Shown piece by piece: positions 48,967 through 60,775 of a stretch of DNA of 64,000 bases (positions are counted from its first letter, which is position 1; each line of letters begins with the position of its first letter). The DNA is from Paraphysomonas bandaiensis. Its lineage: Eukaryota; Protista; Chrysophyceae. The stretch is taken from NCBI GenBank assembly GCA_965644295.1, contig CBFFRP010000200.1:188876-252875 (forward strand). The letters are read 5' to 3'. Under the pieces are notes generated by a model, which made no database searches, was not told where the DNA came from, and was given only the letters and a program-made list of their open reading frames with translations. The position numbers and the translations under genes are program-made.

Positions 48967-49141
48967 AAGCAGGTATATCAACATTCTGCGTTTGCTTGAA
49001 GTGATAAAGAAAAAGTGCTTGCACGTTGGCGCTTGCAGTGACGCACAAGCAGCTTTCGAAGCGTTAAAGAGTAGGATCTCAGAGTTAAGCACTGACTCCT
49101 TAATGCCTATTGCTAATAACAAGGCATTCCCTTATTTACTG
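48967..49141 (+). mobile_element. Ribozyme-headed retroposon family, copy C (5'-truncated)
   Basis: Reverse complement matches copies A, B and D (gtatatcaacattctg...aagtgcttgcac...gacgcacaagcagctttcg...cagagttaagcac...ttgctaataacaaggcattc). Confidence 0.8.
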
Positions 49142-49606
49142 CACTGCTTACAAATAATAGTGAACTCAAAAGCAAGCGATAGTACTTAACATTTTGTCAA
49201 TACTTTACAAAATTGTTTTACTGACCCTTTACGTCACATCATCTTGACAAACTCTGTTCTACTAACTCGCATTCGTTTTGGACTGGATAGTTGAAAAAGT
49301 GACGTATAACTACTAATGTTTGCACAAAGCATACGCTGTATGTAGAAATTAAAATATCATCTTTATTACGGTACTAAAATCGCAATGTAGTAAACCAAAC
49401 GGTGTCGGAAATCAAAAACGACGACTATCGACGAAACATATCAGCAAGAAACAGCACACTATACCCAATCGACAAGAATCATTCTACATGCATAAGTGTT
49501 TATTTGAGTATGATATATGTGAGATTCTTTAACAAAGACCACGTGAGGCCGGCATTTTTCAGAATATATATCCCGTTTTGGCCCCGTTTCAGACAATGCA
49601 CCACTC

Positions 49607-51359
49607 CTATTCCGGAGTGGAAGTCTTCGCGGTAACGCAAGCATATGATGTGTGTTGTGGCTGTTGTTGTCCTGTTTGTTGCATGGGCACAGGATACATG
49701 TACGCGGGCTGCGAACAGTACCCTCCATTTCCTGTTAAATAGCCGTACACTGGTGGCGTACAGGAATCCGTTCGCATTCCTGTGCAGTAATATCCTCCCT
49801 CCTCTCCTCCCCCATTGTACGGATAACAGTATACTGTATCCATTCCAGAATGTTGCGGACCATGCACCGGAGATGAGCTTCCGTAACCTGAGGTGGACGG
49901 AGTAGCAGTAATGATACCGTCCGGTTGTTCTGCACTTGAATAGTAGCCAACGTCATATGCTTGCTGATGAGATCCGGGGTCTTGACAGTACGATTGATAC
50001 CCAATCCCTACCCCCATTGGTACATAAGATACCAAACCCTGTTGAGCGAGAATCATCTGTTGTTGATGTTGATGCAAAAACGGATCCTGCAGATGTAGTG
50101 GGTACTGGTATGGAACAGAAACCGGGGCGGATGATCTGGGAAGGGAGTACGGAAAAGAGGGAGGAGATGAAAAGCACTGCTCCTCAACCCGAAGAAAGTT
50201 ACGACTCAGCTGAGACACATACCTTACGCCGCGGTAAGTAGCATCGGCCAGTGCATTCACAGCGAGATAGGCCGCAATTCGACCACGCTGAGACACCTCG
50301 TAGTGTACGAATGCATAACCTCTCCTTTGGCCGGTTTCCTGTGCATAAGAACATACAGTGATATTAATTAGATCTACACATGATAACTAAACTCTAACAC
50401 TTACAGGGCTAAATATATTTGCTTTGATAGAGACCGAGGTGACGTGTCCGTATTGTCGATAGGTCTGGTAGAGAACCTTTTCGTCTACTACAGCATTCTG
50501 TACAGATGTAAGTACAGAAATCCTCACAGTATAGTACATATACACCTGCATTGTGGAAAACCGCACATGCACAGATATTACAGGATCCTGTCCCCAGGGC
50601 TGCCTACCAATATACTCTAACCCAGATTCTGGGTAGGGTCTGTATTCATGAACACCCTCGTAACCATTGCCCCCGTATCCCCCACCGTTCCCTATTCCTG
50701 CACCAGTGCGATACCATTCCACGTGCATTGGGCTTCCATAGAGTACATGTCCATCCAGTGCTTCCTTGGCATCCTCTGCATCCCGGCGATGAACAAAGCG
50801 AACACTACCTGTACTGCGTCCATCTGTTGGTCCAGAAAACGTTAAGTATCAAAACAATCAAGTTTATCACTACTATACCGCAGCATTCCACTTCCGTGTC
50901 TTGTTCACATAGCTCACCATATATATTAAACGTTGAATTGAGATCCTCAGTCGTCACAGAAGTATCCAAATTGCTTATATACAACCTGCAGTTGCGCTGG
51001 GCTTTGCCCACTCGAATCTTTCGACCTTTGATGGTAACGTTTTCGCAGCTTGCCACACACTGCTGTGCCATCTCTACAGTCTTCATAGTTACAAAGCCAT
51101 AGCCCAAAGGTTGAAGAGTTGATTTAGAACGCTTCACTACAACATCTAAAACATCTCCAAATCTTGTGAATATTTCTCTGACATCTCTCTCTGACGCCTC
51201 TCGACTCAAGTCCCCTACGAAAATAGTGGCCTCCGACACATCATCGTATTTATTATCTGCAGGAGTAGATCCCTCTTGAACACTTGAGATTGGACCACAA
51301 CTAGATTCACTCTCTCTTTCTGTACATGATTCATCTGGTTTAAGTAGTTCGTGAGCCAT
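49607..51359 (-). CDS. Multi-RRM RNA-binding protein with Q/Y/P-rich tail, multi-exon
   Basis: IFVGDL (RNP2), GYGFVTM (RNP1), LYISNL; third RRM with RGYAFVHY near 50300-50325. Confidence 0.85.
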
Positions 51360-52229
51360 GGACTAAAATCATAAACCATACCTTGCGCGATGTCACTAGG
51401 AGTACCCATGGCTGATAATATGAACATAGAGTACACACGTATTGATTTTATCTCACCATAAATGTTGTTGTTTTGATGTTACACAGTTGACTCAGTGTCA
51501 TGTTATGAATCATAGTGAGTCGTTCAATTGGTGTCAATAGCTATATATACAGTGACCAATAGCATGATCACATGAAGTATAATCATTGAATTTAAAAAGT
51601 GTCACTTTCTTAATTCAAAACCTTTTAAAAAAAACAAAAACAATGACGACACCTTTCTATCGAATCAGATCTCTTCATATCACACACACTTCGACACTTC
51701 GACACTTCGACTTCACTTTGTTTTTTTGTTAGTAATGATGTGAAAAGGAGTGACATCAAGTCATTATTTTCATATATATGGACTTAATATACTAAACATT
51801 ATCTAACACTAAATATCACTGTTAGATAAGCATCAGATATCAATAGATTATAGATAATTCTATTCCATGGTACGGATAATAGACATATGAGTTCAGTGTG
51901 GACATTTAGTTGGAAAGATTTTGGGATACGACAACATCTTGAGGAAACTCTATGCCGGTATACAGCTGTATACACTGTATTTTTGCACTGTATAAGGGTT
52001 ATATATATGGCGATAAGGTTCGAAAACAGTGTGAAGAGGAGTGAGATGGTGCCAAGAATATACACCCAGAGCTCCTACTGCTACTCTATCTTATCATACA
52101 ATCCGAATCGCTCTAGTGTGTCCTCATGGACAGTGAGATATAGATACTATTGTGAAGACAGATAAGATGGTAGCTGTATAATATTATCCAAAAAGAAAAA
52201 TTTCGTCTCTATTTAAAAGAATTCATAAA

Positions 52230-55200
52230 ATGGGGTGCTTGGAATCCAAGCCGGGCCGACCTCGTACAGATTCCGATGCTATTGAGATACGAGATGGTGC
52301 ATCAACTGCAAGTGCTACCAGTTCCCCTAGTAATCATGAATCATCTAAACTGCTATCACCGAAAGAGATGCTATCTGCGAAGAGTTCGCGCTCCTCTCTC
52401 GATGTGAATATGTCAGAGAGGTCTCACTCTCCGATTCCTCAACAAGAAACTTCATCACCAATGCAAGAAAAGTCTACAAAGCATATGCCCCCACCGTCAC
52501 CTCTGAAGACCGATCCTCCGCCGCCGCCAGTAGCACACTCTGATACCTCTGCTCGTGCCTTTGGGCAGGCCACTCCTGAGAAAAAACTCAAGATGTCTGA
52601 GATACTTCATGCGGAAAGAGTGAAGAAAACTCCTTCAAGTGTCTCATCTGCAGGATTCACTGGAGAAGTAGGCACCCACTTTAGTAGTGTTCTGCTTTAA
52701 CATTCATGTGTGCTGCAGGGAAGAGAGGGGTGGCTTTATAGAGAAAATGATTCTTTTGGAGAGGTAAATGATGAAGCCGCCGAATCATTTCTTAAGGTAT
52801 ATATGGCGTTATAGTGAATTACATATTTCATAATAAATGCGTAGGTATGGGTTGTGGTTGCCCGTAACCGCTTGTTGTACTATTCCCAGCGCCCGAAGGG
52901 GGACTATCTCAACAACTTCTCTGCTAGTGGCTACCTAGACCTCAATTCTGCCTCGTCTGATTGCAAGGTCATGGACCGCAAACATGATGGCGGTCTGCTG
53001 TCATCTGTAGGGAAATTCTGTTTTCGAGTTAGGGATGGCGGTACAACATTGATATTTTCTGCTTCATCAGATGCAGAGAGAAATGAATGGGTATTTTTGA
53101 TTCAAGAGGCCATCAGAGGAGTTGTTCACACCCTTAACACTCAGGGGAGCTCCTCTGCCGCTGCGACAGATATAAGGGTACCGAGTAAGACTCGCCGAGT
53201 ACTAGCTTGCGACAGTGTCGAGCTACCGAAGAAAACGGGAATGCTTAAGAAAAAGTCTATAGAAGGAAAAAAGTTCGGGTTCAAAAATGTCAAGTCAAGG
53301 TGAGACATCATTACAACTTTAATGGTGCAATGCATAGATATATGGGTAGTGTGGCATATGTATATTGTAATGTGTGGAATGTAAGGTGGTTTCGACTGGA
53401 AGGAGGAGAGTTGCGGTACTATGGGGAGAAGTCAATGCGCCCAAGTTCCTTGAAGAAAACTATTTCCCTCAAAGGCTGTACAATGCCCACTGAAAATAAG
53501 GAAAATGATGGTGACAACATTACAGTGACCCTTCCGGATGGAAACTCTCTATTAATGATAGCTAACTCTGCGGATAGTGCTAGAGAGTGGCGAACTGCAA
53601 TCAGTGACACGATAATGATACTCAATAAAACATTGGAGGGAGAAAGTAAAGAGGCCAAGAAACGGCGAGTGAATCTCTCCAATGTACAGTATGATGATTC
53701 ACCGGTAGTTCGGCGCGAAGTGGTGCATAAGTCTGAAGCCACTGTGAGGTCGATTACCTCTGCTCTACAGCAGCATTTCCTGTTGTGCACTCTGCAAGAA
53801 TTTGAGCCAGTGCTGGATGCCCTTCAGTTATCGATATACCTTCCTGGTGATGTTATTATATGGCAGGCAAGGAAGGGATACACCTTGTTATATTACTGCC
53901 ACTTACAGTGCTTACGTGTATGATAGGACAGCGTTGGTGATTTGTTTTACATACTTGAGTCGGGTCAAGTAGATATAATCAAGGATAACGAAAAGGTCGC
54001 TAGGCTCGGTTCGGGACAGGCGTTTGGAGAGTTAGCGCTGATAAATGACGTTAATCGGACAGCGAGTGTTCGTGCGGTGACAGTATGTCATACGTGGTCA
54101 CTGGACCGTAAGACTCTCCGCCACGTGCTTTCGAGCCAACAGCACACTGTAAAGCAGAACAAAATTGAGTTCTTGGAAACTGTGACTATATTTGAAAAAC
54201 TGAATAACGCAACGCTAGCCATGATTGCTGATGTAATGACTGTTGCATCTTTTTCTCCAGGGGAACAAATCATTCGTCAAGGCGAGGTCGGTATATGTGT
54301 GTTCAGTGTATACTATAGTTTAAGGATATTTGTTTCAGGTCGGGGAGTACATGTATGTAATTCAAAGTGGTACTGTGGTAGTAACTCAAAGCAGCTTTGG
54401 AGGGTCTGTCAAAGAATTGGTACGCCTTTCTTCGGGTAAATACTTTGGCGAGCTAGCGCTAATATCCAATGAGCCTCGGAAAGCCAACGTGACCGCAGTA
54501 GACACTGTGCAGTGTTATGTTATTGACAAGGCAACATTCACCAGTGTCCTTGGGGATCTGAAAGAGGCCGAGGTTGAAAGTGTGGGAATAGCTATTCTGA
54601 AAAGAGTCAAGCTTCTACAAGGCCTGTCGGAGAAGCAGCTTGCAACTGTGTCAAAGAACCTGACGACTGTTGAATTCGCGGATGGTGAAACTATAATCCA
54701 GCAAGGAGAAGAGGGCGATAAGTTTTACATGATTTCTTCGGGTATAGTGTCGGTGTACGTTAATCATGCCGAGGTAGCAAAGCTTCAACCGGGATCTTAT
54801 TTTGGTGAGATGGCTCTGATGAATGACGATCGGAGGAATGCAACAGTCACAGCTGTGGGGCCTGTGGTTTGCTTAACGTTGGATCGCTCTGAGGTAATCA
54901 AAGTTTTCTTGATATGTGCCCACCTTCATCGTGTGTTACAGTTTGTCAAAATTCTTGGCCCATTGGATCAAATACTCAAGGAAGAGGCTGCACGACGAGA
55001 AGCAGAGGCAAGGGAGAAAAGTGTTGTTGGCCGCATGCGGTCTTTGTCCAGAGGAATCAGTCAAACGTTTACAAGAAAGACTGCAATAAAGAAAGTAGAT
55101 GACAGTGAGGGGCCTGGGTTTAATATGGATGAATTACAAACTGTACGGGTCTTGGGAACAGGCAGATTTGGTACTGTCAAGTTAGTTCAGCACTGTATCA

Positions 55201-56318
55201 CAAACATGGCTTATGCCCTGAAAGTTCAACAAAAACAGATTCTAGATGATTTAAATCTTCAGAAGTCGACATTTACTGAACGCGACATCCTTAGGTCACT
55301 TGATAATCCTTATTTCCCTGCCCTATATGCGACCTTTCAAGATGCTGACTGTCTTTATATGCTACTCGAGCTGATTCCAGGTGGTGACTTCTGGTCTATT
55401 CTGTACGACCCAGACCACGGTACTAAAGTGAGTTCTCGTACGCGCCTAGGGGGAATCGAGCTTGACGCCGCGAGATTCTATACTGCCAATGCCCTCTCAG
55501 CTATAAGTCATTTGCACGAAAACGACATTATTTACCGAGACTTGCGTCCCGAAAATTTGGTGAGTAGCGTTTACTTTTGTCTATTTAGTTCCTTGACATG
55601 AATGAGTTAAGGTTATGGATAGAACGGGATATCTGAAGCTTGTCGATTTCGGTTCGTCAAAGAATTTGGTTCCTCCAGACTTCACGAATACTATTTGTGG
55701 CACTCCAGAGTATATTCCACCTGAGATGGTGACAGCCAGGGGCCATAACAGGGCTGTGGACTTTTGGGCGTTAGGTGTATTTCTCTTTGAAATGTTGACT
55801 GGATGCACTCCCTTCGAACATGCAGATACGGTATATAACTGTGGCAGTGGTGTGGTATTTTTTTCATTTTGTACAACAGAGTGGAGTGTATCGGAAAATA
55901 TTACGATGTTCCGAGACTCTGGAGACTGCATTTTCGTCTCAGTTTGACGCATCCGCCAAATCTCTGATCACACAACTTCTGAATGAGGTTCCCGGATTGA
56001 GAATCGGCATGTTGAGAAATGGTGCTGATGATGTGTGGACACATTCTTTTTTATCAGGTTCTTCACTCTGATACTATTGATGCGAGTGTGCTTACTCTAT
56101 GGCTACTTGTGTGCTCAGGTATATCACCCGATCAGATGGCTGAAAGGTTCACTAGGCCGCCTGTCAGGTAAGTACTTTTTCTCGGTGCTCTTCGTCATTC
56201 ACTACATGTATTAAGACCCGATGTTGACAACCTCTTCGAGCCCACTAAGCTGGATGCTGACCCTAGCGTAACAGATATTTTGTCGTACACCGGAAAAGCG
56301 GACTTCTCTGATTTTTAA
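52230..56318 (+). CDS. cGMP-dependent-protein-kinase-like enzyme with two N-terminal PH domains and three cNMP-binding domains, multi-exon
   Basis: MGCLES acylation motif; PH-like REGWLY...ERNEWV and KTGMLKK...RWFRL...AREWRTAI; FGELAL..RTASV, FGELAL..RKANV, FGEMAL..RNATV; GTGRFG, YALK, YRDLRPEN, DFG, CGTPEY. Confidence 0.9.
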
Positions 56319-57008
56319 ATGTCCTCCATTACGGTTGAACCAGCAATGATATGTGATTGTGTATGTGATTTTGGAGTTAAGTAGATAAGTAAGAGTACGT
56401 TTTTTAATTTCTTGCTTAAATAGAAGATAGAAGTGCTGATATAATGGAAGAGGAAAAAGACTTATTGTTGTCTTGTGTAAATAGGTAGTCAATAATGATC
56501 TATGCTTTATGCATACGGTCACTTATACAGCTAAACTGTACATATCAAAACAATAGCAAATACAGTAATGAGTAAAGTATTGTTCTTAATATCGTTTAGC
56601 GAAATATGTTTCTGGTGGTTACAGCGATTCGCAAGCATTAAATAGAGTATTGCAAATCTTTCGTGTATTTTATCGGACTTTCAACTATACCATGCCTGGT
56701 GTATGTACTATAATGCTAGTAAACAGACACCTGTTTACTTTTTTATTTTCCAAGAATAAATATTACTAGGGCTTATGAAAATCATCTGAACAATAGGTGC
56801 TGTTGGAAATCATAATTCATGGAGGAGCCCATTACTTTTTTCGTCATATTTTAACGATAATACTTAAAACATATCCATGCAATATTTCTTCTTTTTAGTG
56901 ACATATGCATGATCACTTTTCTTTTGGTTTCTACCACGCAACTAAAGCAATGTACAACCAGATAGCAAATTATATCAACACTAGAAGAATACAATAAACA
57001 AAACATTC

Positions 57009-57805
57009 TTAAGACTTCGAACGCCCAGTTAATGGTTCGAAGTTTTCGTTATCATATTCTTCTTCAGGCTCTTCCGTGGCTTCGACATCTTTGCCGCTGT
57101 CTTCACAAGACATCAGCGAAGGAAATATAAATGGAGTCTGAACGGAAAGAAGTGTCGGAGTTACTTCCTCTTTCTGAATACTTCCGAATACTTCCTGGTA
57201 CAGTTCAAGGTGACGAACAAAACTGTTTGCAAAGAACTTCAAAAATTTTTGAAGCACCGGAACATCAAGCTTACTCGAGCTACCATTCGATAAAATAACG
57301 CTATCCACCTGTGTCATGATGAAAATCATTAAAACTGAAGTACAAAGGTGATAAAGAGTAATACTTGTTCACGAAAATATATGGCTGCCGCTTCAGTAGC
57401 GATACTGGAATCCATCGCACAACGTTGCAAATATGACTCCGCAATGGACATTACACCTTTGGCTTGATCAAAAGACATACCGTTCTCATGACAAAAGCTG
57501 CCAAAAAAATATTATTATATGGAGAGATTCACATGCCACTTACTGCAAGTTATGAAATAAATACTCTTGGATAATTTCTGATTTGCTATTGTCAATATAA
57601 AAGTCTAGACAGGAAGCTTTGCACGTTGCCCTTCAACCCATAAATTAAATTCAAATACTTCATTTCATTTTATTAATACATACATCCATCGCTCTTGATC
57701 GCTATCACATGAACAGAATTCATCGTAGAATTCAGGGGATAGTGTTAAGTAGCACTTCTCATTGCTGGTAACACTGGTCGGTTCCTCGACTTCATCGTCA
57801 GCCAT
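57009..57805 (-). CDS. Probable flagellar C1a-32/CLAMP-domain protein (CFAP119/C8orf74-like), multi-exon
   Basis: EYLFHNL|FCHENGMS...FFANSFVRHLELYQEVF...SVQTP resembles the family pattern. Confidence 0.6.
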
Positions 57806-58276
57806 ATCAGACTAATTGGATGCAACTTCTAGCGTTTACTTCACAATGACTTGAGATTAAGTACGAGAAAAGAAGACTGTACTACAATAGCAAACGTTAA
57901 GCTACTGGTAACAGTCTTTAGTTGGCTGTGTGAGGGAGTGTATAGATATGAAGATGATGGTCATGTGTGTATATATACACGTGAGACGTTACTTTATATG
58001 CACTGTTATACAGTGGACTACATGCAGCAGTATACGTGTGTCCACACACACCAACACGCACACGCAGCTACATTAAACTTTGAAACTATAAAAACTCCAT
58101 TTTCTTGACAAAACTCTAGTTTTTCTACTGCATGAAATAAAAAAAGTCGAGTTTTATAATATATACCCCCCTGTGCCCTTATATACACAGACCAGACCGC
58201 CCAGTGTATCTACTCAGGCAGATGCATACTATCACATCAGCTGCTTATTGTCATTGTCTTACTGACAAGACAAACC

Positions 58277-58711
58277 ATGAGCTCAACCACCTTCAAGATA
58301 TTCTCCTATATATGTGTGGGTGTTCTCTGGGGATGCACGAATCCATTCCTTAAGAAAGGAGCCCAAACATATGAGGGGAAGACTAAGACAGACCGGGACC
58401 ATGACCGGGACAGAGAGAGTCGTTGGTCAAGCTGGTCAAAGCAGATATACTCTACTTTAATGTTGTTCTTTCGTCCACGTGTGTTTCTTCCTCTGGCTAT
58501 TAATCAAATGGGCTCTGTTGCCTTTTATTACTTGCTGTCCACAGACGATATATCTGTCACTGTTCCACTATGCAACTCGCTTACTTTTGCGTTCACTGGA
58601 ATTACTGGGTGGATACTAGGTGAAAAAGTTCATCGTCCGTATTTTTTTATGGTTGGAGTTCTGCTTGTAGTAGTGGGGATATCTATATGTGCTTTGACGG
58701 GGCCTAGTTAG
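58277..58711 (+). CDS. TMEM234: TMEM234-like small EamA-type membrane protein
   Basis: VGVLWGCTNPFLKKG...PLAINQMGSVAFY...VPLCNSLTFAFT...LGE. Confidence 0.9.
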   Translation: MSSTTFKIFSYICVGVLWGCTNPFLKKGAQTYEGKTKTDRDHDRDRESRWSSWSKQIYSTLMLFFRPRVFLPLAINQMGSVAFYYLLSTDDISVTVPLCNSLTFAFTGITGWILGEKVHRPYFFMVGVLLVVVGISICALTGPS

Positions 58712-59802
58712 TTGATTGCCAAACTATCTAACTGGTGGCTTATAGCAGCTAATGGTGTTGCGTGATTATAGCTATTTCTACTTTTCTTAAGGACATTCTC
58801 TACTTCCAGGAGCATCAGCTAAATACTTGGATAAACTGTTTTCATCATCTGACCGGATGTTTATGTCAATCAAGGAGACTATCGATTGAAGAAATTGTGC
58901 AGATAGAAGGCATACATTCTTTGCAATACGGTGTGAGATGGTAGCTGGAAAAGCTTTAGGTCTATTCACGATGAGTCGTCGAGGAGCATGGGATGATGAA
59001 GTGAGGTAATTAGGTTCTACGTCGTAGGATTGCTGATTTTGTAACGATAATAACAGTCCTGTAAACTGACCCACGATCACGATATTGTGTATTCAATTTA
59101 TTACTTTATTCTCCCACCATGCACTGTAGCACCTAATCTTTCGGTGCTTACATATCTCCTGCTATCAAAGTGCAATAATAATTGTACTATGCAAGATGTA
59201 TAAGGTGAGCATAACCCGTTCATGGCGGGGTAAGTCTCAGAGGGTACAACATATAATAATAGTATACACACAGCGGGTGGAGAGAGATTCGTGGAATCTT
59301 CATTGCGTCATAGTAGTAGTAGGAATTGTAATATATATGTTAATATACACTCACTGTGCCCCTATGGTGTTATAGTGTATGTTGTATGTATGTAGAAAAT
59401 ATAGACATACTCTCCTAACTGGTCCAGCAATACTAATGCAATAACTAGTATTATTACATAGCAGCTGAATTCATTTTCTAATTCCTGTTGATAAGCTCAT
59501 GCGATCAACGAGTCCACTTCGCTGTCAAATAAAATAGTACCTACTGTCAAGTTCATCGTAATTTTAATAATACTCACATTCATATTCACTACTGAACCCA
59601 CTTCGGAAACGTCATTGTCACCACATTTATTCAAATTTAAAACTGTAATATGTATTTTTTGCTTTCAGAAGAAGCAGTATAATATATAGTATATAGTGTG
59701 GTAAAGGGCAATAAATAGTGACTATACCTGAACAGACTTTTGCATGCATATAAAGATTCCTGTATCGGTACTCTGCTTAGATATATTAACTTTTTAAACT
59801 TT

Positions 59803-60242
59803 CAGTAGTGAATATCTAAGTATTAGCAATCGTGCATAACTCTGATGACCTTCTATTTTTAACTCTACGAAATCTGCTTGTGCGTCACCGCAAGCAATAA
59901 GGTGCAAGCACTTTTGCTTTATCACTCAAAGCAAATGCAGTAAGAAGCAGAGTGTTGATATACCCGACATCTGCTTACTTCAGGATTTTGAGTCGTTTAG
60001 GTGAACAGTCCGGATCCCATTACCCGGATGCCCTTGAGGTGAGCCCATTCCAGGGTGCCTGAGTATTCGTCAAGACCCAAAGACGTCCACACAAAAGTCA
60101 CTTATTTAGCATTTGGCTTTGTGTGGGCAGATAGTTATCTGCTGGCTATATATGCGGCTCGCGTTAGTTTCCCGGAGAGAATCTCTCCGGTACTTATCAC
60201 CCAGAACACCACGAAAGGGTGCGAGTCCGACTTTGTTGAGGG
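59803..60242 (-). mobile_element. Ribozyme-headed retroposon family, copy D (both ends present)
   Basis: Colinear with copy B, with the same terminus GTTGAGGG on the + strand; possible TSD ATTAACTTTTT (59785-59795) / ATTAAATTTTT (60243-60253). Confidence 0.85.
60156..60242 (-). ncRNA. Putative HDV-like self-cleaving ribozyme (Pr77-like), copy D
   Basis: CCCUCAAC-AAAGUCGGA-CUCGC-ACC-CUUUCGU-GGU-GUUCUGGGUG-AUAAGUA-CCGGAGAG-AUU-CUCUCCGG-GAAA-CUAAC-GCGAG-CC; perfect 8-bp P4, 5-bp P2 core, 3-bp P3 with 7-nt loop. Confidence 0.7.
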
Positions 60243-60775
60243 ATTAAATTTTTGTATTGATGAGTTGACTGAATTAATTTATCCGCATAGTAGCCAATGT
60301 CAGTTGCATGCTTTCGTATGAGGATGTGTTGTAGATGAATTCAGATTAAACGCGTAACTTGTTGTTCGAGCTTCACAGTGTGGTGTGTTGGAATTGTTGG
60401 GGATACTATAGTTTTATGAAAGGTATATCCAGGTGTTATCTGTTCAATAATAAGTGGCTTGGTGACTGTCCTCATTTTTCATATTAATATTGCATATATA
60501 TGAATGAAATGATGAAACCGATAACCCATGTTTAATATAGGTATTAATCAATAAACTCTTGGTAGCAGTAGTAGTATTGGGTATATTTTGTAGTAATAAA
60601 TCGTGAGTAGCTTCTCAATGAAAACATGAGTATAGTGGTTCTTACCGGTCGAACAATACAATCTATTGCAGTAAAATATGCTCCCTAGCCCTGAGAAGTC
60701 GTACAAATGATTCTCTGCGCAATAATCACTTCACAGATTAACATAGTTTAAATCTTTATCATACAAATTATTTAT

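Noticed and set aside
59841-59875. CTGATGA...CGAAA resembling a hammerhead ribozyme core
   Set aside because: No stem II can form between the motifs, and homologous copies read CTGATAT or CTGAGAT.
59960-60242. Repeat family as an IscB/TnpB/Fanzor guide RNA or a tRNA-derived SINE
   Set aside because: No associated nuclease ORF and no A/B boxes or cloverleaf; TSD, truncation polarity and the HDV-like head fit a LINE-dependent element better.
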